A DNA stretch of 64,000 nt, from NCBI GenBank assembly GCA_050251945.1, contig JBFWLW010000003.1, forward strand, positions 128,001-192,000. Direction: 5' to 3'. Origin of the DNA: Deferribacterales bacterium (GTDB lineage: Bacteria; Chrysiogenota; Deferribacteres; Deferribacterales; Geovibrionaceae). The position numbers and the translations under genes are program-made. The notes beneath the pieces were generated by a model that did no database searches, had not been told where the DNA came from, and worked only from the letters and a program-made list of their open reading frames with translations. Of the stretch, positions 38,051 through 47,796 are shown piece by piece; positions within the stretch are counted from its first letter, which is position 1; every line of letters begins with the position of its first letter.

Positions 38051-39957
38051 GCAAGCTCCGCTTTAATGTTTTCTGCAACTGTTTCAGGGTCGAGACCCAG
38101 CAGTTTGAATATATCGTCGGGTGTGCCTGAAAACGCGTAGCCTCTCACACCGAAACGCACCAGACGCACAGGTTCGCCGTCCTCTGAAAATCTGTTCGCC
38201 AGAGTTGCCGCAAGACCTGTAAACTCGTTATGGTCTTCATAAACGAAAACGGGTTTGTCAGTATATTTTTCAAATACTTCCATATCGGGGTGAAGTGGAC
38301 ATGAGCAGTTGAGAACCGCCGCCTTGATACCCTGTTTTTCCAGTATTTCCGCAACTTTAAGCGCTCTGCCTGTCATGCTTCCGTATGTGGCAATTGCAAA
38401 GTCGCCGTCGCGCAGAACGTCAACCTGTCCGTATTTGAAAGTATAGTCTTTTCCATAGAAAGGTTTGTCGCCGCCGGCTATAACCGCCAGTTTTGAACGT
38501 CCCATGCCAACAAGGAAGTTGCCGGGGTTTTCAGCGGCAAAACAAACTGCCTTGTATGTCTGGTTGGGATCTGAGGGGATGATCACGCGGAAGCCGAAAA
38601 GGTTGCGCAGTGTGCCGAGGTAGTCGATACACTGATGTGTCTTTCCGTCTTCGCCGACGTCGATACCGATATGGGTTGTGACAGTTTTAAGGCTGGCTGC
38701 GTTTATGTCGTTCAGCCTCTGCTGATTGTATACCTCGTCAACACCGAACACGCCGAAATCCGCGAAGAAGGGGAGAACGCCGTTAACGCTCGCCGCACCC
38801 GCCGCCGTGCATGCGTGGTGTTCCTGAATACCGGTCTGGACAAAATTGTCAGGAAATTCTTTTTCTACTTTGTCTGTTTTAACGGAGCCGGCAAGGTCGC
38901 AGTCGAAAACTGCAACGGGAGTCATACCGTCTTCCTGAGAACCTTTCACAATGTCGTATATAGCGTCGCCGAAAGCCGAGCGGCAGTCGGTTTTAACATC
39001 GAGTCCGTACTCTTTGTTTACGTCGTAAGAAACCTTAACTTCCGGAATCTCAAGTTCGTGGTAAGAAGGATCGAAAACGAAGCTTTTTCTTGCCTCTTTG
39101 TATACGGCAAGGTCGTTCTCAAGACCAAGCTCGCCGAGAGCTTTTTCAAGCTGTTCTTCTGTGAGGGGTTTGCCGTGGTACCCGTGGATATTCTCCATGA
39201 AAGATACGCCTTTGCTCATCACTGTTTCAGCAAGGATAAGCACGGGCTGTTCTATCTTCTGTCCGTATTTGATGGCGGTAAAAAGTTTTTCATAGTCATG
39301 TCCGTCAACGGTGATAACGAACCAGCCGTCGGCAGTGTAGTCGTCCTTTATGTTCTGGTACATGACATGCTCTATGTCGCCGCTTATCTGGAGTTTGTTA
39401 TAGTCAATGAACGCAGTAATGTTCGTAAGTCCGTGCATGGCTGCAAAACGCCTCGCTTCGGACTGCTGACCTTTCTGCTGTTCGCCGTCACCCATGAAAC
39501 AGAATACGTTGAACTCCCCGCCTGCTATCTCGCCTGCCATAGCGGCGCCGCAAGCTGCGGAAAGTCCCTGTCCGAGGTTGCCTGTCGTCCACTCCACACC
39601 GTTCACCATCCTTTCGATGTGACCTTCATAGATGCTTCCGGCAAGGCGGAATTCGGAAACCGCTCTGTCGATGTCGAAAAAGCCGTTTCTAGCCAGCGCG
39701 GAATATACGCCGGGGCTTGTGTGTCCGTGGGAAACGAAAATTCTGTCCCGTGAGGCGGATTTCACGTTTTCGGGTGTGATGTTCGCAAACCTGTAAACGG
39801 TCAGATACATGTCTATGGAAGACATGGAACCGCCGGGGTGTCCGCTTGCGGCAAGTGTTGTCATTTTAAGTATGTCGCCGCGGCAAAGCCTTGCGGTCTC
39901 TGCCAGCGCTGATGCATCCTCTGCTGTGAAATCTACGTCAAAGCCACGGTTTCTCAT
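38047..39957 (-). CDS. tkt: Transketolase
   Basis: SGHPGGS, SHGH, TGNLGQGL, GDGE, GIQE, VGEDGKTHQ. Confidence 0.9.
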   Translation of the reverse strand: MRNRGFDVDFTAEDASALAETARLCRGDILKMTTLAASGHPGGSMSSIDMYLTVYRFANITPENVKSASRDRIFVSHGHTSPGVYSALARNGFFDIDRAVSEFRLAGSIYEGHIERMVNGVEWTTGNLGQGLSAACGAAMAGEIAGGEFNVFCFMGDGEQQKGQQSEARRFAAMHGLTNITAFIDYNKLQISGDIEHVMYQNIKDDYTADGWFVITVDGHDYEKLFTAIKYGQKIEQPVLILAETVMSKGVSFMENIHGYHGKPLTEEQLEKALGELGLENDLAVYKEARKSFVFDPSYHELEIPEVKVSYDVNKEYGLDVKTDCRSAFGDAIYDIVKGSQEDGMTPVAVFDCDLAGSVKTDKVEKEFPDNFVQTGIQEHHACTAAGAASVNGVLPFFADFGVFGVDEVYNQQRLNDINAASLKTVTTHIGIDVGEDGKTHQCIDYLGTLRNLFGFRVIIPSDPNQTYKAVCFAAENPGNFLVGMGRSKLAVIAGGDKPFYGKDYTFKYGQVDVLRDGDFAIATYGSMTGRALKVAEILEKQGIKAAVLNCSCPLHPDMEVFEKYTDKPVFVYEDHNEFTGLAATLANRFSEDGEPVRLVRFGVRGYAFSGTPDDIFKLLGLDPETVAENIKAELA

Positions 39958-39984
39958 ATATAATACCTCGGTTAATTTTAAACA

Positions 39985-40061
39985 CAGATCGCTTCGTCGC
40001 TGATGCTCACCGCAAAGACGGATAGTTGTCTCTGCGAGGACTGTAAGGATGAAGCAGTCTC
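39985..40061. repeat. REP-like inverted doublet
   Basis: cagatcgcttcgtc...cgcaaagac-spacer-gtctctgcgagg...gaagcagtctc. Confidence 0.85.
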
Positions 40062-40108
40062 ACAATTCAGGCTTTGGCTTTATATAACGTATACAGGGAT
40101 GTGTCAAT

Positions 40109-40966
40109 TTATTTGGCACCTGCGCGGCGCATCATGAAAAGCGAGTGGGCGGCGATGGCGCAGATTATCACCGCACCGCCGGCAAATGTCTGGGCGGGCG
40201 GGATCTCCGTGAAGAACAGCCACGCCAGAAAAGGGGTGAAGACGGTACGTACAAGCGCATAAAGACTGATCTCCATCGCGGTTATATACCTTGCGGCAGT
40301 CGATACAAAAGCTCTGCCCACGGGAGCGCTCAAAAGCCCCATAGCAGCCATTATAAGCACCGGAACTATACCGAAACTGCCGAAATCAGCCCCGAAAGAA
40401 CTGAAAAACATAATAAAAAATCCGCCGAAAGATATAGCCATGGTGCGGCTTATCTGCGGATACTTGCGCCAGATAACATAGTTAAGCGAAGAGAACATCG
40501 CCGCAGCCAATGCGTACAGATCGCCGGAAAGTCCGTGTCCTCCCAACGACCCTCTTACAATTATATATACACCGAGAGCTGATATACCGACTGCCGCCCA
40601 TGTACTTAAAGAGGTCTTTTCTCCAATAAGAATACGGCTGTAAACCGATGAAAACACCGCGGAAGATGTCATAATAAGCGCTACGTTCGCTATTGTGGTA
40701 TTCTGCACAGCCAGCACAAAAGTTGTCCCGCTGCCGCCCATAACCATACCGGAGAACACAAGCACCAGTCCGCCTTTTTTTATAGCATCCGGCAAACCTT
40801 TGCCGTAAATCTGTGTTACAAACGCCATGGAGATCATCGAAAACATTCCGAAAAGGAACGAAGCACCGAATCCGCCCAGACCTGAAAACCTCACAAAAAT
40901 AGCATCCAAACTCATCAATGCCATACCGGACAGCGTAAATGCCGTTCCTTTAACCTGCTCTGTCAT
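40109..40966 (-). CDS. DMT/EamA family transporter
   Basis: ~10 hydrophobic helices in two repeats; ILIGEK, FFTEIP...GG. Confidence 0.85.
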   Translation of the reverse strand: MTEQVKGTAFTLSGMALMSLDAIFVRFSGLGGFGASFLFGMFSMISMAFVTQIYGKGLPDAIKKGGLVLVFSGMVMGGSGTTFVLAVQNTTIANVALIMTSSAVFSSVYSRILIGEKTSLSTWAAVGISALGVYIIVRGSLGGHGLSGDLYALAAAMFSSLNYVIWRKYPQISRTMAISFGGFFIMFFSSFGADFGSFGIVPVLIMAAMGLLSAPVGRAFVSTAARYITAMEISLYALVRTVFTPFLAWLFFTEIPPAQTFAGGAVIICAIAAHSLFMMRRAGAK

Positions 40967-40981
40967 ACTAATCCTCCAGAA

Positions 40982-41040
40982 ATCATACTATTAAGTATGA
41001 TAAGCTAATACTTGACAGTATTGTTGTCAACAGGTATTCT
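40982..41040. promoter_or_regulatory. Overlapping divergent sigma70 promoters with palindromic operator
   Basis: Operator atcatact-atta-agtatgat (40982-41001); plus TTGACA(41012)-N17-TATTCT; minus TTGACA(41030)-N17-TAGCTT. Confidence 0.75.
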
Positions 41041-41046
41041 TTAAGA

Positions 41047-41631
41047 ATGTCAAAAGCGCTTGAAAACTATAAAACAAAACGCGAATCAATAATAAAAGCG
41101 GGCAGAGAGCTTTTTCTGAACCACGGATATTCCAGAACCAGCATGGACGAAGTGGCGAAGACCGCCTGCGTCACAAAACAGACGGTATACCGCTATTTTG
41201 TATCAAAATCCGATCTTTTCGCCGAAGTGATCTCCCAGATGAGCAAAGAAAATGATATCTATACCTTCGGCGACATGGCAGCCGAAAAGGAACTTATAAA
41301 ATTCGGGATACAGTTCATCTCCATGCACATGGCACGGCACAGACTGGAGCTTTTCCGTATGATGATATCAGAAAGCAGGGATGGAAGCGAGATAGGCGGA
41401 ATGTTCAAAAGCATGGTTCAGGATGCACGCAGAAAACCGCTGACAGGCTTTCTTGCAGACAGACTCAATATCAGAGAAGCGGATAAAATGGCGAATATGC
41501 TGATATCCATGCTGCTTGCCATGCGCTCGCCGATACTTATGAACACCAGAGACGTACCTGACGCCGACGAGATAGAAAAACATGCGGAAACCTGCGTAAA
41601 ACTTTTCCTGAACGGTGTTAAAGGCTTTTAA
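41047..41631 (+). CDS. TetR/AcrR family transcriptional regulator
   Basis: HTH: LF..HGY..TSMDEVA..ACVTKQTVYRYF.SK.DLF. Confidence 0.95.
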   Translation: MSKALENYKTKRESIIKAGRELFLNHGYSRTSMDEVAKTACVTKQTVYRYFVSKSDLFAEVISQMSKENDIYTFGDMAAEKELIKFGIQFISMHMARHRLELFRMMISESRDGSEIGGMFKSMVQDARRKPLTGFLADRLNIREADKMANMLISMLLAMRSPILMNTRDVPDADEIEKHAETCVKLFLNGVKGF

Positions 41632-42556
41632 GAGCCTCAACAACCTTGTCGGGCGAAAGTCTTTTCATACAGTCAAAATGTCCCTTCGGACAGGCTTCAA
41701 GCCCGTGAACGTCGCACGGGCGGCATTCAACGGAATTATCCTCAACAACTTTCACACCTGAAAACAGCGGAAAGAATCCGAATTCCCTTGTGGTTGACCC
41801 GAATATGCCCACAGTGGGTCTTTTAAGCGCCACTGCGGCGTGAAGAGGTCCCGAATCGGACGATATCACCGCTTCGCATGACGCTATAGTATCGAAAAAA
41901 TCTTTTATTTTCGATTTTCCGGTCTTGTCTACAATACCTTTAACATCGGGCGCTTTGCCCTCTCCCGCAAAAACGGGAGTATAACCGTCGGCAATCAGAA
42001 GCTCCGCAAGCTCCGCGGCATACGGGTAGGTCTTCGTGTATCTGCTGGCAAACGGATGCACAAGTATATGTTTTTCAACAGGTTTCGCGTCCGAAAACAG
42101 AACTGGGCGCAGTTCCTCAAGCTCCGGCACCGGGACGCCGAATGTATGCGCTACCGGCTCGAAATATTTCTGCACCACATGCAGACCAAGCCGCGGGTCG
42201 GGCTTTCCGGTCTTCACAAACCTGCGTCTGGCTGCGGAATCCTTTATGTATTTATGATAGTCCGCCTGCGCATGAAACTTTAAAAACATCGACAAAAGTT
42301 TGCCGTGCAGGTCGAATATATGGTCGTACTCTTCAGTCTCTTTCTGAATGAGACCGAAATAAGCCATGATGCCGTCTTTTTTTCCGTATTCCAGCACACG
42401 GTTGACAAACGGCAGCCCTTTGAAAACGTCGCCGAACGGCGCATATGTCAGCACGTCCGCCTCTGCATCGGGAAAAAGTTCTTTGAATTTCCGGATGACA
42501 CCCGTGGTCAGGATGATATCACCGAGGGAACTGAAACGGACGAACAGAACCTTCAT
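41618..42556 (-). CDS. Glycosyltransferase family 9 (heptosyltransferase)
   Basis: RFSSLGDII, DLH, SSDSGPLHAAVAL, IFG.T. Confidence 0.9.
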   Translation of the reverse strand: MKVLFVRFSSLGDIILTTGVIRKFKELFPDAEADVLTYAPFGDVFKGLPFVNRVLEYGKKDGIMAYFGLIQKETEEYDHIFDLHGKLLSMFLKFHAQADYHKYIKDSAARRRFVKTGKPDPRLGLHVVQKYFEPVAHTFGVPVPELEELRPVLFSDAKPVEKHILVHPFASRYTKTYPYAAELAELLIADGYTPVFAGEGKAPDVKGIVDKTGKSKIKDFFDTIASCEAVISSDSGPLHAAVALKRPTVGIFGSTTREFGFFPLFSGVKVVEDNSVECRPCDVHGLEACPKGHFDCMKRLSPDKVVEALKSL

Positions 42557-43593
42557 CAGTCCGCCTTCACAGTTTCGTATTTTGGTTTCACAGGCTCCGC
42601 AACCTGCTCTTTCTCAAGGAGAGCAAGAACGTCCTGCGTGCTTATCTCAAGCATACAGCGGAAATGCTTTTTCGGGCATTTTCTGCTTCCGTGCAGCCCG
42701 CAGGGACGGCAGTTAAGACCTGCCACCTCAGCAACGCGGCTCACCTCGTCATATGGAGTGAATCCAAGTTCCTTTACAGTGGGTCCGAAGATGGCAATGC
42801 ATCGCACACCCGCCGCAACGGCAATATGCATGGGACCGGAATCGTTGGTCACCATAAACTCAAAATTTGCTATCAGCGAGGGAAGTTCTTTAAGGGAAGT
42901 TTTTCCGCACATGTTGATATGTTCGTATTTCGCCGCTTTCATAAGCTTTTCCGCGGCGGGAACATCGTCGGATGCTCCTATTATTACAGGGGTATAACCG
43001 TCTTCTTTCAATCTGTCGGCAACTTCTGCAAAACGCTCCGCAGGCCACATCTTTGTCGCCCATACGCTTCCGGGGGCTATTCCGATGAGGTTTTCGCCGA
43101 GTTCTGCAAATTCAGCCCTCTTCTCTTGGTCAATAACAACCTTGAGAGGGAATTTTGCAGGATATTCACCGAAAGCCGTTTCGTAAAGTGTCAGATTCCG
43201 CTGAACTTCGTGAAGATCCATATATCTTGCGCAGGACGAGGTCAGAAGCGCGGAAAAGGCGCTCTCAACAAATCCAACGCGCACGGGGATCTTCGCCAGC
43301 CACAGCGTCAGATTGGTACGGAATGATTTATGCGGCGTAAGCGCTATATCAAATCCACGCTGTTCAAGCTCCTTCGCAAAGCGGAAGATGCCTGAGAGAC
43401 CCGAATAGCTTTTGCGTTTGTCGAAGGGTATCACCTCAGATATTTCGTCAAGTCCATCGAAGATAGAAAGATATTCGGGACGCACGCAAAAAGATATCTG
43501 CGCTTCGGGATATTTTGCTTTAACTGCCTGTATCAGCGGCGTGGTAAGCACGCTATCGCCCAGAAAGGACGGATTGAATATTAATATTTTCAA
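42556..43593 (-). CDS. waaF: Lipopolysaccharide heptosyltransferase II-like (GT9)
   Basis: SFLGDSVL, APGSVWATK.WP, TNDSGPMHIA; TTG start. Confidence 0.8.
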   Translation of the reverse strand: MKILIFNPSFLGDSVLTTPLIQAVKAKYPEAQISFCVRPEYLSIFDGLDEISEVIPFDKRKSYSGLSGIFRFAKELEQRGFDIALTPHKSFRTNLTLWLAKIPVRVGFVESAFSALLTSSCARYMDLHEVQRNLTLYETAFGEYPAKFPLKVVIDQEKRAEFAELGENLIGIAPGSVWATKMWPAERFAEVADRLKEDGYTPVIIGASDDVPAAEKLMKAAKYEHINMCGKTSLKELPSLIANFEFMVTNDSGPMHIAVAAGVRCIAIFGPTVKELGFTPYDEVSRVAEVAGLNCRPCGLHGSRKCPKKHFRCMLEISTQDVLALLEKEQVAEPVKPKYETVKAD

Positions 43594-43752
43594 GTCTGTT
43601 CACCTGATCGCATTGATATTTCAGAATATACAGACAGAGCCGGACGAAATCAATCTGTTTCGGAAAATGGTTTGACAACAAACTAAAGTGACTCGTTTTA
43701 TGCAGATAATATAGTGTTTTAATTTTTTTGCATCGAAACATGCTTCAAACTC

Positions 43753-43788
43753 TTGCGAAACAGGCTTTTGTCTGCTATCTTCTCTGAC
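43753..43788 (+). promoter_or_regulatory. Putative sigma70 promoter of the pheA operon (likely leaderless)
   Basis: TTGCGA-N17-TATCTT with TGn extension, 7 nt before ATG 43789; no SD. Confidence 0.5.
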
Positions 43789-44859
43789 ATGGAAGAACTT
43801 GACAAACTCAGACAGAACATAGACGACATAGACCGGAAGATTCTGGAGCTGCTCAACAACAGGGCGAAAGAGGCTATGCACATCGGCGAAATAAAAAAAG
43901 CCGCCGGACAGCCCCTTTACGTCCCTTCGCGTGAAAAAAAGATATTCGAGCGCCTCACGGGTCTTAACACAGGTCCGTTCCCAAACGACGCGCTGCGCTC
44001 GGTTTACCGCGAGATAATCTCCGCCTCCCTCTCACTGGAAGAGGTACAGAAGGTCGGTTATCTGGGTCCCGAAGGCACCTTTACAAACATGGCGGCGATA
44101 AAACAGTTCGGGCTTTCCGCAACTCTGATCCCCATAAGGAACATCCCCGAGGTTTTCGACAGCGTGGAGCGCGGACGCATGGCGTTCGGCATAGTGCCTG
44201 TGGAAAACTCCCTTGAAGGCATCGTAAACCACACGCTTGACACCTTCACCACCAGCAATCTGAAAATATGCGGCGAAATATACCTTGAGATAAGCCATAA
44301 CCTGATGAACAAGACGGGCAATTTCGGGGACATTCAGGTTATATACAGCCATTATCAGGCTATCGGTCAGTGCAGAAAATGGCTGGCGGCGAACTGCCCC
44401 GACATCCCTGTTCATGAGATAGATTCCACCGCCAAAGCGGCGGAGCTGGCGTCCAAAGACCATACAGTTGCCGCTATATCAAGTGAAATGGCACAGCTTA
44501 AGTACAGTCTGCGCGTGGTTGAAAAATCTATAGAGGACAACCCGAACAATTTCACCCGTTTCCTGCTTATCGGCAACTATGAACCCCTGCCTACAGGCAA
44601 CGACAAGACTTCCATAGTTTTTTCCGTAACACACAAAGCGGGTTCGCTTTATGAAGCGCTGTCCGTTCTTGCAAAAGCGAAAATAAACATGACGAAAATA
44701 GAATCCCGCCCGTCCCGCCAAAAGGCATGGGAATACGTCTTTTTTGTTGACGTGGAAGGGCATATAGCAGATAAAATATTAAAAACCGCACTCGACGGTC
44801 TCTGTGAACACACGGCATTTTTTAAAGTGCTCGGTTCATATCCTAAGGGGGAAAAATGA
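43789..44859 (+). CDS. pheA: Chorismate mutase/prephenate dehydratase
   Basis: LRQNIDDID..I..LLN.R, LGPEGTFT, PVENS, NFTRF, KIESRP; start MEELD. Confidence 0.96.
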   Translation: MEELDKLRQNIDDIDRKILELLNNRAKEAMHIGEIKKAAGQPLYVPSREKKIFERLTGLNTGPFPNDALRSVYREIISASLSLEEVQKVGYLGPEGTFTNMAAIKQFGLSATLIPIRNIPEVFDSVERGRMAFGIVPVENSLEGIVNHTLDTFTTSNLKICGEIYLEISHNLMNKTGNFGDIQVIYSHYQAIGQCRKWLAANCPDIPVHEIDSTAKAAELASKDHTVAAISSEMAQLKYSLRVVEKSIEDNPNNFTRFLLIGNYEPLPTGNDKTSIVFSVTHKAGSLYEALSVLAKAKINMTKIESRPSRQKAWEYVFFVDVEGHIADKILKTALDGLCEHTAFFKVLGSYPKGEK

Positions 44860-45953
44860 CAGATTTCAAAAAACTCGCCGGAAAAGCAATTGCAGAAATA
44901 GCTCCCTACAAACCCGGCAAACCCGTTAAAGAACTTGAAAGAGAGCTTGGAATCAAGGAAGCGATAAAACTCGCATCGAACGAAAACCCTTTTGGTCCCT
45001 CGCCCAAAGTTAAAACGGCTCTTAAAAACTTCTTTCCCGAAATTTCACGATATCCGTACGGCGACGCGCACTACCTCCGCACGAAACTCGCATCTAAACT
45101 TGAAGTTCCCGCAGACATGCTCCTTTTCGGAACAGGTTCTAACGAGATAATCGAACTCTCAATCCGCACTTTTCTGAAAGACGGCGAGCATGTCATAAGC
45201 CCCGCACCCAGCTTCTCGGTTTACTCATCCATAGCTCAGGCGGCGGGCAAAACATGCAACTGGATACCTTGTAAAGAAGATTTCTCATTCGACTTCGACG
45301 CGCTTCTTGCCGCCATAAACGACAAGACACGCATGATATTCATAGCGAACCCCAACAACCCCACCGGCGCATACACAGCCGACAAAGAGATGCGCGCCTT
45401 CATGGAAAAAGTACCCTCCGACGTTATTGTGGTATTTGACGAGGCATACGTTGAGTTTGCTGATGCGAAAGATTTTCCCGACACAATGAAATATCTGGAC
45501 AAGTTCCACAACATATTCATCATGCGCACCTTTTCAAAAGCATATGGTCTCGCTGCGCTGCGCTGCGGGTATGTGATAGCCGACGCAATGGCTATCGACA
45601 TGATGAACCGCGTACGCCAGCCCTTTAACACCAACATGGCGGCACAGGTTGCGGCGGAAGCGGCTCTGGAAGATACCGCATATCTGGACAAAGTTATCAA
45701 AAAGAATAAAAAAGGCAGAAACTACCTCCAGAAAGAGTTCAAAAGACTCGGACTGCCCTTTGTCAAATCACAGTCCAACTTCATACTTGTGGAAGTGGGC
45801 GAAGGCGAAAAAGTATTCAACGACCTTCTGAAAAAAGGAATAATCGTCCGCTACCTCGGACCCTCTCTGGGTAAATACATCCGTGTTTCCGTGGGTACTA
45901 TGGAAGAGAACGAGGCGTTCATCGAACAGCTCGTTAAGGTTCTGGGCAAATGA
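44856..45953 (+). CDS. hisC: Histidinol-phosphate aminotransferase
   Basis: KLASNENP, NPNNPTG, DEAY, RTFSKAYGLA.LR.GY. Confidence 0.95.
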   Translation: MTDFKKLAGKAIAEIAPYKPGKPVKELERELGIKEAIKLASNENPFGPSPKVKTALKNFFPEISRYPYGDAHYLRTKLASKLEVPADMLLFGTGSNEIIELSIRTFLKDGEHVISPAPSFSVYSSIAQAAGKTCNWIPCKEDFSFDFDALLAAINDKTRMIFIANPNNPTGAYTADKEMRAFMEKVPSDVIVVFDEAYVEFADAKDFPDTMKYLDKFHNIFIMRTFSKAYGLAALRCGYVIADAMAIDMMNRVRQPFNTNMAAQVAAEAALEDTAYLDKVIKKNKKGRNYLQKEFKRLGLPFVKSQSNFILVEVGEGEKVFNDLLKKGIIVRYLGPSLGKYIRVSVGTMEENEAFIEQLVKVLGK

Positions 45954-46972
45954 TAATAGTATTTAAAAAAGATGCGGCAAAGGCTGACATCGAACATGTG
46001 CAGAAGAGGCTGGAGCAGTTCGGCTTTAAAACGAGCATGTCCGAAACAAACGGCAGGAACATCCTCGGCGCAATAGGCGACGAGAGTATTCTTCGCGAAA
46101 AACCCCTTTTTGCCATGCCGGGTGTTGAGAAGGTTGTTCCCATCTCAAAACCCTACAAACTGGTAAGCTCTGATTTCAAAAAGACAGAAACCGTTATCGA
46201 CATAAAAGGCGTTAAAATCGGCGGCGGAAACGTCGTCGTTATGGCGGGTCCCTGTTCTGTGGAAAACCGCGATATGCTCATGTATCTTGCAGAGCGCACA
46301 AGCAAGGCTGGCGCAAGAATACTGCGCGGCGGAGCTTTCAAACCCCGTACGTCCCCCTATGCCTTTCAGGGGCTTGGGGAAGAGGGGCTGAAATATCTCC
46401 GCGAAGCGGCAGACGCACACAACATGCTTGTAATAACAGAACTTATGGATCCCAGAGATATGGATCTCATCTGCAAATACACCGACATAATCCAGATAGG
46501 CGCTCGCAACATGCAGAATTTCCGTCTGCTGAAAGACCTCGGCGCAGTTAGAAAACCCGTTATGCTTAAACGCGGGCTGGCGGCAACCATGAAGGAACTT
46601 CTTATGGCGGCGGAATACGTTGCGGCGGGCGGAAACGACGATATCATCCTCTGCGAAAGGGGAATCCGCACCTTTGAAACGGAGACCAGAAACACACTCG
46701 ACCTTTCGGCAATACCTGTGCTGAAAAGCATGAGCCATCTGCCCGTTGTGGCAGACCCCAGCCATGGCACAGGGCGCAGGGACTGCATTCTGCCCATGTC
46801 ACAGGCGGCTGTTGCGGCAGGAGCCGACGGACTTATCGTCGAAGTGCATCAGTGCCCCGAAGAGGCTCTCAGCGACGGCGACCAGTCCATACTTCCCGAT
46901 GATTTCGACGTTCTCATGAAACGTCTTAACATAATCGCTGAAACCATAGGAAGAAAGCTGACTACTGCATGA
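45950..46972 (+). CDS. aroF: DAHP synthase (type I-beta)
   Basis: AGPCSVE, RGGAFKPRTSPY, QIGARNMQN, LKRG, DPSHG. Confidence 0.95.
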   Translation: MIIVFKKDAAKADIEHVQKRLEQFGFKTSMSETNGRNILGAIGDESILREKPLFAMPGVEKVVPISKPYKLVSSDFKKTETVIDIKGVKIGGGNVVVMAGPCSVENRDMLMYLAERTSKAGARILRGGAFKPRTSPYAFQGLGEEGLKYLREAADAHNMLVITELMDPRDMDLICKYTDIIQIGARNMQNFRLLKDLGAVRKPVMLKRGLAATMKELLMAAEYVAAGGNDDIILCERGIRTFETETRNTLDLSAIPVLKSMSHLPVVADPSHGTGRRDCILPMSQAAVAAGADGLIVEVHQCPEEALSDGDQSILPDDFDVLMKRLNIIAETIGRKLTTA

Positions 46973-47796
46973 GTATCAAAACAATAGCTTTTGCGGGTCT
47001 GGGACTCATCGGCGGGTCACTGGCTCTTTCATTTGCCGAAAAGAATATCCGTCTCATCGCGTACGACAAAAACCCCGAAACGCTGGCAAATGCAGCACAA
47101 ACAGGGCTTTTCGAGTATGTTACCGATGATGCCGATACCCTTTTGTCTTTGGAATTCGACCTGCTTTATATCTGTCTGCCTGTTCGTTCGGCTGTTGAGT
47201 TTGTCAAATATCTCGGAGCCAAAGAATTCAAAAGACCGGTAACGGATGGCGGCAGTACGAAGACCGCGACTGTGGAAGCGGCGAAAACAGCAGGGCTTAA
47301 TTTCTGCGGCGGACACCCCATAGCAGGAAAAGAGGTTTCAGGCTTTTCAAACGCAATCTGCGGACTTTTCGGCGGAGCATATCACATACTCACCCCCATA
47401 GAGGGCGGACTTGATCCGGAGATACTGAAAAATCTACACGAATCCATCGGGATGCGCGTCTGTATCATGGATGCGCCGACCCACGACAGGGTTTTCGGGC
47501 TGATAAGCCATCTGCCCCATATATCGGCTTTCGCTCTGGTTCAGACGGTTTTTAAAACCGACAGCAACGCGCTCAACTATACGGGCGGAGGTTTTCGCGA
47601 TTTCACCCGCATAGCCGCAAGCGACCCCCGCATGTGGACGGATATCTTTATGGAAAATGACGAAAACATGCTTACGATGATAGACGAATATATCTCCTTT
47701 CTGAACGTGTGGAAGGAAGCAATAAACAATAAGGATGCCGATGCCGTTTACAAAATGATAGAAAAGGCGGCGGGCATCAGGAGAACCCTGAAATGA
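46969..47796 (+). CDS. tyrA: Prephenate/arogenate dehydrogenase
   Basis: GLGLIGGS, TDGGSTK, GGHPIAG.E, SHLPH, RDFTRIA. Confidence 0.93.
   Translation: MSIKTIAFAGLGLIGGSLALSFAEKNIRLIAYDKNPETLANAAQTGLFEYVTDDADTLLSLEFDLLYICLPVRSAVEFVKYLGAKEFKRPVTDGGSTKTATVEAAKTAGLNFCGGHPIAGKEVSGFSNAICGLFGGAYHILTPIEGGLDPEILKNLHESIGMRVCIMDAPTHDRVFGLISHLPHISAFALVQTVFKTDSNALNYTGGGFRDFTRIAASDPRMWTDIFMENDENMLTMIDEYISFLNVWKEAINNKDADAVYKMIEKAAGIRRTLK

Noticed and set aside
30851..39753. Long antisense ORFs (30851-31948, 35027-35887, 37304-38140, 38635-39753; also 3559-4428 and 26771-27730)
   Set aside because: They are shadows of well-conserved genes on the opposite strand and carry no recognisable motifs.
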